DNA from: an uncultured Flavobacteriaceae bacterium
Lineage (GTDB): Bacteria > Bacteroidota > Bacteroidia > Flavobacteriales > Flavobacteriaceae
Direction: 5' to 3'
NCBI GenBank assembly: GCA_963715015.1
Contig: CAVQQR010000011.1
Span: 32,846 to 96,845, forward strand
Length of the DNA: 64,000 bases
A program made the position numbers and the translations under genes. Below, in pieces: positions 30,867-41,642 of this stretch. Numbering within the stretch: position 1 is the first letter of the stretch; every line of letters begins with the position of its first letter. Below the pieces are notes generated by a model, which saw only the letters and a list, made by a program, of their open reading frames with translations, had not been told where the DNA came from and ran no database searches.

Positions 30867-32102
30867 ATGCGCAATTATTTTCTTTTAATCCTGACGCTTG
30901 TCGCACAATTTAGCTATGCACAAGGCCGTTTTTTAACTGTTGAATCAAAAGACAGTTTATTCGGACAACCAAAATACCGAACCAGTCTTGGCGCTAATTT
31001 GAAATTAAACGGTTATTTCGACGTTTTTGGCGGCTTAAATGATTCCGAGACTTTTAATGTTGGTAATATAAAAGTTTTAGGAGATCAGGAGGATTACAGC
31101 AGTTTGAATTTTGATCTTTATCAAAGTCAGATCAAATGGGAGACAAGCTACATGACTGAAAAAGGGGAAATGATTATTGGCGTGGTAGAGGGTGATTTTT
31201 GGGGAGGAAATGGTCATTTTAGATTGAGAAAGGCCTATGTACAATCAACACACTGGCAAATTGGCCAGAACTGGAATGCCTTTGGTGATGAATATCTTTG
31301 GCCAAATATTATGGAATGGGAGGGACCTCCCTCCGGAATCTGGATCAGAACACCCCATATCAAATTTTTCAATCATTTCAATAATCGACGATGGGAATAC
31401 GAAGTGAGTTTAGAGGCTCCGATCAACGATTATGTCAAATTTGATGACTTGGAACCGCAGTTAGAAGAGGTGGATCAGGTAACTCCGGATCTGGTTCTGG
31501 CCTTAAAAAGAAAGGCCGATTGGGGTCATATACGTTTATCAGGTATTTTTAGAAGTATTCGTTATAGATATCAAGACCAATTGGATAATTTTTTCGGTTA
31601 TGGGTTGTCTTTGACCGGAATTCATTTTCAAAATCGGAATAATTTTCAATTCCAATTTGTGGCAGGACAAGGCATTACAGCTTATATGACGACATTGGGC
31701 GGCAATGGTTATGACGGTTATCCTGACACTAATGGAGATTTAAGTGCTACTCCTTCTGTTGGTGGATGGACTTCATATGAATACTTTCTTACTGATCGTT
31801 TACATACAAATGTGGTCTTTGGATTTACAAGATTCATATTTGACGATGCCGAAAGGATCATTATTGTGGATCCGACAATGGCTTTGGAAACAAATTTTTT
31901 AGGGACTTACGATCAATTGCACTATTATGGCATCTTTAACTTTATGTACGATCTTTTTGATCAGCGAATGACGGTAGGGCTCGAAATGGATTACGGCGTA
32001 AAACAAATCAAATATGAGGGATTCATTAATGATACCTTCTTAGATGAACAAAAGAGCAGAGATGCCATGCGAATTAGTTTTGGTTTCATGTTCTATTTCT
32101 GA
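30867..32102 (+). CDS. DcaP-like outer-membrane porin
   Basis: Signal peptide, VEGDFWG-FRLRKAY, GQNWNAFGD and C-terminal aromatic RISFGFMFYF. Confidence 0.75.
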   Translation: MRNYFLLILTLVAQFSYAQGRFLTVESKDSLFGQPKYRTSLGANLKLNGYFDVFGGLNDSETFNVGNIKVLGDQEDYSSLNFDLYQSQIKWETSYMTEKGEMIIGVVEGDFWGGNGHFRLRKAYVQSTHWQIGQNWNAFGDEYLWPNIMEWEGPPSGIWIRTPHIKFFNHFNNRRWEYEVSLEAPINDYVKFDDLEPQLEEVDQVTPDLVLALKRKADWGHIRLSGIFRSIRYRYQDQLDNFFGYGLSLTGIHFQNRNNFQFQFVAGQGITAYMTTLGGNGYDGYPDTNGDLSATPSVGGWTSYEYFLTDRLHTNVVFGFTRFIFDDAERIIIVDPTMALETNFLGTYDQLHYYGIFNFMYDLFDQRMTVGLEMDYGVKQIKYEGFINDTFLDEQKSRDAMRISFGFMFYF

Positions 32103-32143
32103 CATTATTTGTAAATTACGCGCTCAATCTTCATTTAAATTGC

Positions 32144-34315
32144 ATGATCCGATTCCTTTTCTCGCTTATTATCCTAAGTGTTTTAACTACTAGTTGTCAA
32201 CAAAAGAATGAAACCTATACCTCTGTTGATGAGCGTTCATTTGTTTCCAAGTACAGAGATGGTTATGTAGGTGATGAAAATTGTAAATCTTGTCATGAAA
32301 CGGCCTATAAAGATTGGAAAGGTTCACACCATGAGCTTGCGATGCAAGAGGCCAATACAACAACAGTTCTGGGTGATTTTAACAATGTAACTCTCTCGCT
32401 GGATGGGGTAGATTACCGTCTTTATAAAAATGGAGAAAAGTTTATGGTCGATGTGAAGGAGATCGATAAGAGCGAGAAGACCTATGAAATTAAATACACT
32501 TTTGGTATTACACCGCTTCAGCAGTATATGGTGGATTTCGATCGCGGAAAAAAGCAGGTACTTCGGCTGAGTTGGGACACTCTTGAGCATAAGTGGTTTC
32601 ATCAGTATGCGGAGGATCAAATTAAACCAAATGACTGGTTACATTGGTCTCGGGGTGGACAAAACTGGAATACCATGTGTGCCGAATGCCATTCCACAAA
32701 TCTTAAGAAAAATTACAATGTTGTAAAAGATTCCTTTCAGACCAGTTATTCAATGATCAACGTGAATTGCGAAAGTTGTCACGGTCCGGGAGAAAGGCAT
32801 CTACTTTGGGCTGAAAAAAAGGACACTACCTTATCTATGTACACTTTTACCGGAATAAGCCAAGCAGAGCAAATTAAACAATGCGGTCCTTGTCATTCAC
32901 GAAGGGTAAAACTTACTGAAAACTTTACTCCGGGGATGGAGTACGACGAACAATTTATGTTGCAAACCATTACGCCTGAGTATTATTTTGCTGATGGTCA
33001 GATAGATGAAGAAGATTATGTATTGGGTTCCTTTATGCAGAGCAAGATGTATATGAACGGAATAAAATGTTCCGATTGTCATAATCCACATTCAATGCAG
33101 TTAAAATTTGAAGGAAATAAATTGTGTTTACAATGCCATATTCCCGAAAAATACAATTCTAAAAATCATCATTTTCATGAAATGAATACGGAAGCCAGTC
33201 AGTGTATCAACTGCCATATGACAGGCAAGTACTATATGGGAAATGATTTCAGAAGGGATCATAGTTTTAGAAACCCGAGGCCAGATCAAAGTATAGAATT
33301 TGGAACACCCAATGCCTGTACAGCATGTCATAAAGACAAGAGTAATGCCTGGGCGAGCAATAGTATCGTTCAGTGGTATGGCGCAGAAAGATTAGACCAT
33401 TTTTCGGACTATCTGGTATTGTCCACTAAAGAGCATATCAGTATTTCTGAAAAAGAAAGGGTTCATAGCTTTATCCTGAATGCCAAATATCCGTCTATCA
33501 CTCGAGCAACGGCCTTAGAGAATTTAACCATGGTAAATGAAGCAGATTTAAAGAATGTATTAGAAGCTACACGAGATTCTTCCTCCTTAATTCGATTTAA
33601 GGCAGCTCAAAAATTATTGAATCTTCCACCTCAGGATCGAGTTGGTGTTGGACTGGAAATGATGAAAGATTCTTCAAAATTAGTAAGGTTGGGTGCAGCT
33701 CAATTACTATTGGGATTTGACGCCAATCAGCTGAACGAATCAGACAGAGCTCAGGTAGATCATCTGATCAAAGAATACGAAAAGTTCTTATATGCCAATG
33801 TTGATTTTGCGGCAGGGAATTTAAATTTGGGAGATTATTTTATGCAAATCAATGACCCCGGAAATGCTATTAAAAGCTATCAAAATGCGCTTAAAAAAGA
33901 TAGCCTTTTATTCCCGGCCTATACCAATCTGGCCACCGCTTTAAATCAAACAGGCAAAAACAAAGAGGCTTTAGAGATGTTGACTACTTTGATCAAGTAT
34001 TACCCAGAGAATGGGCGTTCCTATTATTTACGTGCATTGTTATACTTTGAATTACAAAATAAGGAGGAAGCCATTAAGGATCTGAAAAAAGCGATCGGGC
34101 TTGATGCACGGGACAGCAGGGCGAGATACAATTTAGCTACCTTTTATTATCAAAACATAGATTATCCAAATGCTGAAAAATACATCCAGCAAGCCTTAAC
34201 AATAGAACCCGAAAATCGCGATTACAACTATCTTCTGGCGCTCATTTATCGAGATTCCGGAAGAGCTAGAAAGAGTCAGGAGTTGATGCAAAAATTAAAT
34301 CGGACCAATATTTAG
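32144..34315 (+). CDS. Octaheme c-type cytochrome lipoprotein with HEAT/TPR C-terminus
   Basis: Lipobox LTTSC and eight CXXCH motifs (CKSCH, CAECH, CESCH, CGPCH, CSDCH, CLQCH, CINCH, CTACH), followed by TPR repeats. Confidence 0.9.
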   Translation: MIRFLFSLIILSVLTTSCQQKNETYTSVDERSFVSKYRDGYVGDENCKSCHETAYKDWKGSHHELAMQEANTTTVLGDFNNVTLSLDGVDYRLYKNGEKFMVDVKEIDKSEKTYEIKYTFGITPLQQYMVDFDRGKKQVLRLSWDTLEHKWFHQYAEDQIKPNDWLHWSRGGQNWNTMCAECHSTNLKKNYNVVKDSFQTSYSMINVNCESCHGPGERHLLWAEKKDTTLSMYTFTGISQAEQIKQCGPCHSRRVKLTENFTPGMEYDEQFMLQTITPEYYFADGQIDEEDYVLGSFMQSKMYMNGIKCSDCHNPHSMQLKFEGNKLCLQCHIPEKYNSKNHHFHEMNTEASQCINCHMTGKYYMGNDFRRDHSFRNPRPDQSIEFGTPNACTACHKDKSNAWASNSIVQWYGAERLDHFSDYLVLSTKEHISISEKERVHSFILNAKYPSITRATALENLTMVNEADLKNVLEATRDSSSLIRFKAAQKLLNLPPQDRVGVGLEMMKDSSKLVRLGAAQLLLGFDANQLNESDRAQVDHLIKEYEKFLYANVDFAAGNLNLGDYFMQINDPGNAIKSYQNALKKDSLLFPAYTNLATALNQTGKNKEALEMLTTLIKYYPENGRSYYLRALLYFELQNKEEAIKDLKKAIGLDARDSRARYNLATFYYQNIDYPNAEKYIQQALTIEPENRDYNYLLALIYRDSGRARKSQELMQKLNRTNI

Positions 34316-34319
34316 CACC

Positions 34320-35909
34320 TTAATCAAACTCACTTACGAACCGCAGTTTTACGGAAGGGTATTTGTCCTGGGTCATTTGCACGGTGAAGGCTGAATCTGC
34401 CAAAAAGACAAGTTGTCCTTTTTTATCTCTTGCGAGGTATCTTTGTTTTACGCGTTTAAATTCTTCGAATTCAGCATTTTTAGGATTTTCAGGATCTACC
34501 CAGCAAGCTTTATGAATGTTAATTGATTCATAGGTACATTTTGCGTTGTATTCGTGCTCGAGCCTGTACTGGATCACTTCAAACTGCAATGCTCCCACTG
34601 TACCAATCACTTTTCTTCCGTTCAAATCCAGCGTGAATAGCTGTGCCACACCTTCATCCATGAGCTGATCTAATCCTTTAAATAATTGTTTAGCCTTCAT
34701 AGGATCGGCATTGTTCACATACCTGAAATGTTCAGGTGAAAAACTCGGAACTCCCTTAAATTCTAATATTTCACCTTCAGTGAGCGTATCGCCAATACTA
34801 AAACTACCTGTGTCATGCAAACCAACAATATCTCCTGGATAAGACTCTTCGACGATTTCCTTTTTCTCTGCGAAAAAGGCATTTGGACTAGAAAATTTCA
34901 TTTTCTTATCCAATTTTACGTGCAAATAGTTGGTATTGCGCTTAAAAATGCCCGAAACAATTTTAACAAAAGCCAACCTGTCGCGGTGATTAGGATCCAT
35001 ATTTGCATGAATTTTAAAGACAAAACCCGTAAAAGTTTTTTCTTTTGAATCCACTAAGCGCGTGTCTGCCATTTTGGGCTGTGGCGGGGGTGCAATTTCA
35101 ACAAAGCAATCTAATAATTCTTGAACGCCGAAATTATTTAAGGCAGAACCAAAGAAGACAGGTTGCAAGTTCCCGGCTAAATATTCATTTCTATTAAATT
35201 CGGGGTAAACTTCTCTGATGAGTTCCAATTCTTCTCTCAACACATCGGCAGGTTTCTTTCCGATGGTCTTTTCTAAATTTGGATTGTCCAGGTCATCGAA
35301 TACGACCCCTTTTGTTACTTTTAATTTGGCATCAGGAGAAAAAAGATTAAGCTTTTTTTCCCAAATATTATAAATCCCTTTAAAGTCGTAACCCATACCG
35401 ATGGGAAAGCTAAGAGGAACAACTTTTAAACCCAATTTTTGCTCAACTTCATCCATCAGATCGAATGCATCTTTCCCTTCACGATCTAGTTTATTGATGA
35501 AGACGATCATCGGAATTTTACGCATTCTACAAACTTCTACCAGTTTTTCAGTCTGTTCTTCAACCCCTTTAGCCACATCGATCACCACAATCACACTATC
35601 TACAGCCGTCAGCGTTCTAAAAGTATCTTCTGCAAAATCTTTGTGACCAGGGGTATCTAAAATATTGATCTTTTTATCTTTATAATTGAAGGCAAGCACA
35701 GAAGTGGCCACCGATATTCCTCTTTGGCGCTCAATTTCCATAAAGTCGGAGGTAGCTCCTTTCTTTATCTTGTTACTTTTTACGGCACCTGCTTCCTGGA
35801 TAGCTCCTCCAAACAAAAGCAACTTCTCTGTAAGGGTGGTTTTACCGGCATCGGGGTGAGAAATAATACCAAAGGTTCTTCTTCTTGCTATTTCTGATAA
35901 AAAACTCAT
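34320..35909 (-). CDS. prfC: Peptide chain release factor 3
   Basis: RRTFGIISHPDAGKTTLTEKLLL, DTPGHKDF, NKLD and GALQFEV. Confidence 0.98.
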   Translation of the reverse strand: MSFLSEIARRRTFGIISHPDAGKTTLTEKLLLFGGAIQEAGAVKSNKIKKGATSDFMEIERQRGISVATSVLAFNYKDKKINILDTPGHKDFAEDTFRTLTAVDSVIVVIDVAKGVEEQTEKLVEVCRMRKIPMIVFINKLDREGKDAFDLMDEVEQKLGLKVVPLSFPIGMGYDFKGIYNIWEKKLNLFSPDAKLKVTKGVVFDDLDNPNLEKTIGKKPADVLREELELIREVYPEFNRNEYLAGNLQPVFFGSALNNFGVQELLDCFVEIAPPPQPKMADTRLVDSKEKTFTGFVFKIHANMDPNHRDRLAFVKIVSGIFKRNTNYLHVKLDKKMKFSSPNAFFAEKKEIVEESYPGDIVGLHDTGSFSIGDTLTEGEILEFKGVPSFSPEHFRYVNNADPMKAKQLFKGLDQLMDEGVAQLFTLDLNGRKVIGTVGALQFEVIQYRLEHEYNAKCTYESINIHKACWVDPENPKNAEFEEFKRVKQRYLARDKKGQLVFLADSAFTVQMTQDKYPSVKLRFVSEFD

Positions 35910-36005
35910 GTATCAAATTTTGAGTGGCAAAATTACGATAAAAGGTGAGAAATGAGTGTTTGCCAAAAAAAGTTTTTTATCCTACAAACTAATGGTTCTA
36001 AAAAG

Positions 36006-36686
36006 CTATTCGGAAACTTCTACGCTGATAAAAACATCTTCCAACGGCCATTCGTCTGAACCGGCTTCCAGATTGACAATTTTGTCAATCACAGAAAATC
36101 CAGAGCTTACCTCGCCAAAAACCGTATGTTCTCCGTCTAAATGATGGGCTCCGTTTCTAGATTGAATGATGTAAAACTCAAAGGGATTTGATACTTTTCC
36201 CGGGTTATCTTCCCAATCTCGTGCCGCAGCAACAGCGCCGTATTTGTGTTTTAGCTCAGGACTCATTTCTGGCGGTATTCTATAATTTTGATACCGGTTT
36301 CGCATCGCATTGGTTTGTAAATTTTCCGAATTCCCACCCTGAATGATAAATCCGGGAACAACCCGATAAAAGCAGGTAGTGTCAAAATAACCTATTTTTG
36401 AAAGAAAAATGAAATTTGCTCTGTGCAGCGGAGTTTCATTATAAAGTACTAAGCGGATGTCCCCAAACCGGGTGTGAATGACCACCTTATTTTCTTTATT
36501 TTCCTGCCCATATTTTGCTAAAAAAGCAACTGTATTCTTTCTGCTAATGCTGTCTAAAGGTTGAGCTTTTTTCTTTTTTTTTATGCGCTTTTCGACAGAA
36601 TTAGGGCTATTATCATCTGCCTTTTTCTCATCAGAACAAGAAAAAATAAAAAGAGTGAATAGTAAAAAAGTAAAAAGGATTCGCAT
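36006..36686 (-). CDS. Cyclophilin-type peptidyl-prolyl isomerase, lipoprotein
   Basis: Lipobox FIFSC, FYRVVPGFIIQGG and HLDGEHTVFGEV. Confidence 0.9.
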   Translation of the reverse strand: MRILFTFLLFTLFIFSCSDEKKADDNSPNSVEKRIKKKKKAQPLDSISRKNTVAFLAKYGQENKENKVVIHTRFGDIRLVLYNETPLHRANFIFLSKIGYFDTTCFYRVVPGFIIQGGNSENLQTNAMRNRYQNYRIPPEMSPELKHKYGAVAAARDWEDNPGKVSNPFEFYIIQSRNGAHHLDGEHTVFGEVSSGFSVIDKIVNLEAGSDEWPLEDVFISVEVSE

Positions 36687-36866
36687 GCTAAATATTTAAC
36701 CAGCAAATATAAATGATTTGAGAGAAAGGTTATTTTTAAATTATATGTTTAACTTTTTTTAATTAAAATTAAACACTTAAATTTGTGCCAAGATTGACAA
36801 CTGTTAGAGCTAATCTCCTTTATTTTTAGATTATCTTTAGGGTACAAATAGTAACAAGCCATACTC

Positions 36867-37385
36867 ATGGAAGAAAAAGTCATATTAGTAGACAGAGAAG
36901 ATAACCAGGTAGGTACGATGCCTAAACTAGAAGCTCATGAAAAAGCGCTTTTGCACAGGGCTTTTTCTGTTTTCATATTTAATGAAAAGGGTGAATTGAT
37001 GTTACAGAGAAGGGCATTGCATAAATACCACTCACCGGGTCTATGGACAAATACTTGCTGCAGTCATCAAAGGGTAGGAGAGACGAATATAGAAGCAGGC
37101 AAAAGAAGATTGTTTGAAGAAATGGGATTTAGCTGTGAGTTGGAAGACACTTTTTGGTTTATTTATAAAGCAACATTTGACAACGGTTTAACCGAGCATG
37201 AATTAGACCATGTGATGATTGGAAAATATAATGCTGAACCAAAAATTAATCCGGACGAAGTAGCAGAATACAAGTGGATGACCCTGGAGGACTTGAAAAC
37301 AGATATGAAAGATCATCCGGAAAAATACACCGCCTGGTTTAAAATTATATTTCAAGAATACGATCAAAGATTAATAAAGAAATGA
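36867..37385 (+). CDS. idi: Isopentenyl-diphosphate delta-isomerase type 1
   Basis: LHRAFSVF, WTNTCCSH and EHELDH. Confidence 0.96.
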   Translation: MEEKVILVDREDNQVGTMPKLEAHEKALLHRAFSVFIFNEKGELMLQRRALHKYHSPGLWTNTCCSHQRVGETNIEAGKRRLFEEMGFSCELEDTFWFIYKATFDNGLTEHELDHVMIGKYNAEPKINPDEVAEYKWMTLEDLKTDMKDHPEKYTAWFKIIFQEYDQRLIKK

Positions 37386-37792
37386 AAGTAACTGTTCACA
37401 GAAAGGCACATTTTAATGCCGCTCATCAATTATCTAATCCAGATTGGACCAATGAAAAAAACGAACAGGTCTTTGGAAAATGTGCTAATCCATTGTATCA
37501 CGGGCATAATTATGAATTGATCGTTTCTATTAAAGGAGAGATCAATCCTGAAACCGGTTATGTTGTCGATATGAAGTGGTTGAAAGATTTGATCTTTGAG
37601 GAAATTGAAGAAAAATTTGATCATAAAAACCTCAATTTACAAGTAGAGGAATTTAAAGAGCTCAATCCGAGTGCAGAAAATATTGCCGTAGTGATCTGGG
37701 AGATATTGAGAAAAAAAATAGATGTCGACATGGAACTTACGGTAACACTTTATGAAACCCCAAGAAACTTTGTCACTTATAGCGGTGAGTAA
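37382..37792 (+). CDS. queD: 6-carboxytetrahydropterin synthase / 6-pyruvoyl-tetrahydropterin synthase
   Basis: FNAAHQL, GKCANPLYHGHNY, FDHKNLN, SAENIA and LYETP. Confidence 0.88.
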   Translation: MKVTVHRKAHFNAAHQLSNPDWTNEKNEQVFGKCANPLYHGHNYELIVSIKGEINPETGYVVDMKWLKDLIFEEIEEKFDHKNLNLQVEEFKELNPSAENIAVVIWEILRKKIDVDMELTVTLYETPRNFVTYSGE

Positions 37793-37794
37793 TT

Positions 37795-38337
37795 TTGAAA
37801 ACAATGAAGGTTAAATCAATTTTTCTTATCCTAATCTTCGGTTTAATTTCAACCATAATCAGCTGTCAAATGAAATCTAATGAACCATTAAAAGTAGGAG
37901 ATGAATTACCCAAGTTTATCTTAAAAGATCAGCATGGCAATGAGTATAACATTCAAAATGATCTGGGTAAAAAAAATCTCGTGATCTATTTTTATCCAAA
38001 AGATGACACACCAGGCTGTACCAAAGAAGCCTGTAAATTTAGAGATGACTATCATATTTTTACTGATCTCAATACAAAAGTCATTGGAATCAGTTCGGAT
38101 AATGTAAAAAGTCATGCAGATTTTGCCGCTAAATATAACCTTCCTTTTACGTTACTCTCCGATCTAGATAATGAGTTGCGTAAAGAATTCGGAGTTCCTG
38201 CCAATATGTTTGGATTGGTACCCGGACGAGTGACCTATGTTGTTGGCATGGACGGTAAAATTAAATATATCTTCAATAATTTGTTCAAGGCAGAACAACA
38301 CATTGAAGAGGCCAAACGAATACTTCAGGCGGGTTAG
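37795..38337 (+). CDS. Peroxiredoxin, BCP/PrxQ family
   Basis: YFYPKDDTPGCTKEACKFRD. Possible lipobox IISC. The start may be ATG 37804. Confidence 0.9.
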   Translation: MKTMKVKSIFLILIFGLISTIISCQMKSNEPLKVGDELPKFILKDQHGNEYNIQNDLGKKNLVIYFYPKDDTPGCTKEACKFRDDYHIFTDLNTKVIGISSDNVKSHADFAAKYNLPFTLLSDLDNELRKEFGVPANMFGLVPGRVTYVVGMDGKIKYIFNNLFKAEQHIEEAKRILQAG

Positions 38338-39344
38338 TCAAGAAATTTTTCATAATACCGATCAAGCTCTTCCAAATAAGTGCTTTTTTCATCAAAGGTT
38401 GCAAGCGAATAAGTGAAAGAATTTTTGGTGAGGTTATATAAATCCCATCGGCTTAAATCTAATGCCTTTTGAATTGCGATGAAGTTTTCATTTAAGTAAC
38501 CTCCAAAATAGGCAGGGTCATCTGAATTTATGGTTAGGTATAAGCCCAGTTGCATCATTGTTTTTAAAGGATGTTCATTTAACTCAGGTACAACTTGGAG
38601 AGCGACATTCGACAGTGGACAAACTGTTAGCGCCAAATCTCTTTCGATGATCTCTTCTATCAGATTTCTGTCGGTAATACAGTTGTTTCCGTGGTCTATT
38701 CTATGAATTTGTAACAAATCAATCGCCTGCCATATATAATCGGCATCACCTTCTTCTCCCGCATGTGCTAAGGGAATATATCCTTGATCAACAGCAGCTT
38801 GAAATACTCTGACAAATTTTAACGGAGGATTTCCTTTTTCTGAAGAATCTAATCCAACTGCCTTGATCTTGTCCTTAAAGGGTTCGGCCTGTTTCAGTGT
38901 TTTAAAAGCATCTTCTTCAGATAAATGCCTTAAAAAACTCATGATCAGAACAAAAGAAATACCAAACTCCTTTTTAGCATCTTCACAGGCCCTGTGTATA
39001 CCGTTGATAACTGTTTCAAAGGACACGCCCCGCTCTGTATGGGTTTGCGGATCAAACATGATTTCTGTGTGTCGGATATTCTGTTGCTCACACTTTTTTA
39101 AATAAGCCATGGTCAAGTCATAGAAATCCTGTTCCAGGAGAAGTACCTGTGCACCTTGATAATATATATCCAAAAAATCCTGCAAGCAAGAAAACTTATA
39201 GGCCTTTTTTAGCTCATCCACTGTTGCGTAAGGAATAGCTATGCTATTTCTTTTGGCAATTTCAAACATCAGTTCAGGCTCAAAAGTTCCTTCTATATGC
39301 AGATGTAACTCTGCTTTTGGCATTTTTCGGATAAATTCTTCCAT
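38334..39344 (-). CDS. Adenosine/adenine deaminase
   Basis: PKAELHLHIEG, HAGEEG, RIDHG, CPLSN and NSDDPAYFGG. Confidence 0.93.
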   Translation of the reverse strand: MEEFIRKMPKAELHLHIEGTFEPELMFEIAKRNSIAIPYATVDELKKAYKFSCLQDFLDIYYQGAQVLLLEQDFYDLTMAYLKKCEQQNIRHTEIMFDPQTHTERGVSFETVINGIHRACEDAKKEFGISFVLIMSFLRHLSEEDAFKTLKQAEPFKDKIKAVGLDSSEKGNPPLKFVRVFQAAVDQGYIPLAHAGEEGDADYIWQAIDLLQIHRIDHGNNCITDRNLIEEIIERDLALTVCPLSNVALQVVPELNEHPLKTMMQLGLYLTINSDDPAYFGGYLNENFIAIQKALDLSRWDLYNLTKNSFTYSLATFDEKSTYLEELDRYYEKFLD

Positions 39345-39497
39345 TAGGTCATTTGTTTATACTAAAATAGTCATTTTAAAAAAAAGAACATTCATTCTCA
39401 AAATATAATCTTACTGTTTATACTATATTTGAAAGTAGATTTTAATCATCGAGAGACGGCTGATGTTTCTTGATGTACTCTTAAATTGAATGCACAC

Positions 39498-40244
39498 ATG
39501 AAAAATAGTCCTTTGAAGGTCATCGCAATGATCCCCGCGAGATATGATTCTACAAGACTACCGGGTAAATTAATGAAAGACCTGGCAGGTAAACCGGTAA
39601 TCATAAGAACACTGGAAGCCACTGTCAAAACTGAACTGTTCGAGGAAGTATATGTTGTAACGGATAGTGAAATTATACAAAAGGAAGTGTTGAAAAACGG
39701 AGGCAAGGTCATTATGAGTAAAAAACAACACGAATGCGGATCTGATAGAATTGCTGAAGCTGTTGAATTTATGGATGTCGATATTGTGGTAAATGTGCAA
39801 GGCGATGAACCTTTTATGACCAGAGACCCTTTAAATAAAGTGCTGGATGTTTTTAAAGAAGATCACGAGAAACAGATTGATCTGGCTTCCTTAAAACAAG
39901 AACTGACAGACTGGGAAGATATTAACAATCCAAATGTGGTCAAAGTAGTGACGGACTTCCAAGGTTTCGCCATGTACTTTTCGAGGTCACCAATTCCTTA
40001 TCCTAGAGACAGGGAAACAAGTGTTCAATATTTTAAGCACATTGGGGTGTACGCTTTTAGAAAGAGTGCTTTGATGGATTTTTACAGGTTACCCATGCGA
40101 AGTCTCGAGGCGACTGAAAAACTAGAGAATTTGCGCTATTTGGAATATGGAAAAAAAATAAAGTTAGTGGAAACAGATTTTAAAGGAATTGGTATTGATA
40201 CAGCTGAAGATTTGGCAAAAGCCCAACAATATTTTTTACCCTAA
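39498..40244 (+). CDS. kdsB: 3-deoxy-manno-octulosonate cytidylyltransferase
   Basis: [27 protein letters not shown] and YFSRSPIP. Start moved to the ATG at 39498. Confidence 0.95.
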   Translation: MKNSPLKVIAMIPARYDSTRLPGKLMKDLAGKPVIIRTLEATVKTELFEEVYVVTDSEIIQKEVLKNGGKVIMSKKQHECGSDRIAEAVEFMDVDIVVNVQGDEPFMTRDPLNKVLDVFKEDHEKQIDLASLKQELTDWEDINNPNVVKVVTDFQGFAMYFSRSPIPYPRDRETSVQYFKHIGVYAFRKSALMDFYRLPMRSLEATEKLENLRYLEYGKKIKLVETDFKGIGIDTAEDLAKAQQYFLP

Positions 40245-40255
40245 AACCAGATCAA

Positions 40256-40954
40256 ATGATGAATTATAGCGATATTAAAACGATAGCCTTCGACGCAGAT
40301 GATACGCTTTGGGTGAACGAAACCTATTTTAGAGAAACGGAAGAAAAGTTTTGCAAAATGCTTTCTTTTTACGACACCGAAAATAAAATAGATCAAGAAT
40401 TATTCAAAGTGATCATTAGAAATCTGCCACTTTACGGTTATGGCAGTAAGAGTTTTGTACTGTCTATGGTTGAGTCTGCCTTAGAAATTTCCAATTACAG
40501 TTTGTCACCCAAACTAATTGCTAAGATTCTGGATTTTGGAAAAGAAATGTTAGATCATCCTATCCAATTATTAGACGGAGTTCATGAGGTTTTAAATGGG
40601 TTAAAATCAAAATACAGATTGGTGGTAGCTACTAAGGGAGACCTTTTGGAGCAGGAGAAAAAACTAGAAAAATCAGGTTTATTATATCACTTTCACCATA
40701 TTGAAATTATGAGTGAAAAAAAGGAAAAAGATTACAAAAAACTCATTCGGCATCTGGACATTGCTCCTTCCCAATTTTTGATGATCGGGAATTCTTTGAA
40801 ATCTGACATCTTGCCTTGCGTGGGAATTGGGGCGAATGCGATTCATGTTCCATTTCATACTACTTGGGTATATGAAGAGGTTTCACTAAATTCAGAACAA
40901 ACCAAACAATTTAAATCTGTAAAAAGCCTGACAGATATTTTGACTTTTCTCTAG
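40256..40954 (+). CDS. HAD-superfamily hydrolase
   Basis: FDADDTLW, ATKGD and IGNSLKSD. Confidence 0.9.
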   Translation: MMNYSDIKTIAFDADDTLWVNETYFRETEEKFCKMLSFYDTENKIDQELFKVIIRNLPLYGYGSKSFVLSMVESALEISNYSLSPKLIAKILDFGKEMLDHPIQLLDGVHEVLNGLKSKYRLVVATKGDLLEQEKKLEKSGLLYHFHHIEIMSEKKEKDYKKLIRHLDIAPSQFLMIGNSLKSDILPCVGIGANAIHVPFHTTWVYEEVSLNSEQTKQFKSVKSLTDILTFL

Positions 40955-41091
40955 AATACCAAAGTTTGATCCAAATTCGTTGTGTTGAGAATTATGATAT
41001 TTTTTAGGATTAGTGGCATTATGTTTGATACATTTGCAGAAATTTAGTTTATTCTTTTCTAACTGAATAAACATCTTTAAAAGAAGAAATT

Positions 41092-41364
41092 ATGTCAAGT
41101 ATCCAAAATTTAAAAAAAGACCTCAATCATGTTTTATCTGATGTCATAGAAGAGTGTTATGTCGCTCAATTGACCTCTGATGAAAAGAAGTCAGAAAAGT
41201 TTGAAAAAATCATAGATGAGTCTATTCAGGTTTTCGATCAGTTAATCGAAAGAATTAACGATAAGCAGGTTGAAAATAGAGCAGGCCATTTAAAAGCAGT
41301 AAAAAAAGACCTTGAATTAAATGCCAATAAACTATTAGATGAGATTGGCAAGTTAAAAGAATAG
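41092..41364 (+). CDS. Small helical hypothetical protein
   Basis: Clean 90-aa ORF with AT-rich leader and amphipathic helices. Confidence 0.7.
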   Translation: MSSIQNLKKDLNHVLSDVIEECYVAQLTSDEKKSEKFEKIIDESIQVFDQLIERINDKQVENRAGHLKAVKKDLELNANKLLDEIGKLKE

Positions 41365-41447
41365 GGAAAAGTCTTGCTATTGCGAGAATTTTTTTATATT
41401 TATACGAGAAAAGGAAAAATCACGTTCTACTAAAAACAAAATTCGTT

Positions 41448-41642
41448 ATGCCAAGAGCAATTTATGAGTACACCAAAACGGTTCTCAAAAAGGTGAGTTT
41501 TGATGCGGAGTTATTTTGTAAAGAATTAACAAAAGCTGTAAAATTATTATTGCCTTTTGAAATTGAAGAACTTAGACTTTGGTTATTGCGGTTTACGGCT
41601 AATAAGCCAGAATTAACCGTTTGTTTTAACGTAATTACTTAA
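41448..41642 (+). CDS. Small hypothetical protein (64 aa)
   Basis: YEYTKTVLKKVSFD..LFCKELTKA..LLPFEIEEL..W resembles a small protein seen in flavobacteria. Confidence 0.7.
   Translation: MPRAIYEYTKTVLKKVSFDAELFCKELTKAVKLLLPFEIEELRLWLLRFTANKPELTVCFNVIT

Noticed and set aside
36789-36802. caagattgacaact upstream of idi matches 28908-28921 in the inverted repeat
   Set aside because: A single 14-bp AT-rich match without the partner arm is plausibly chance.
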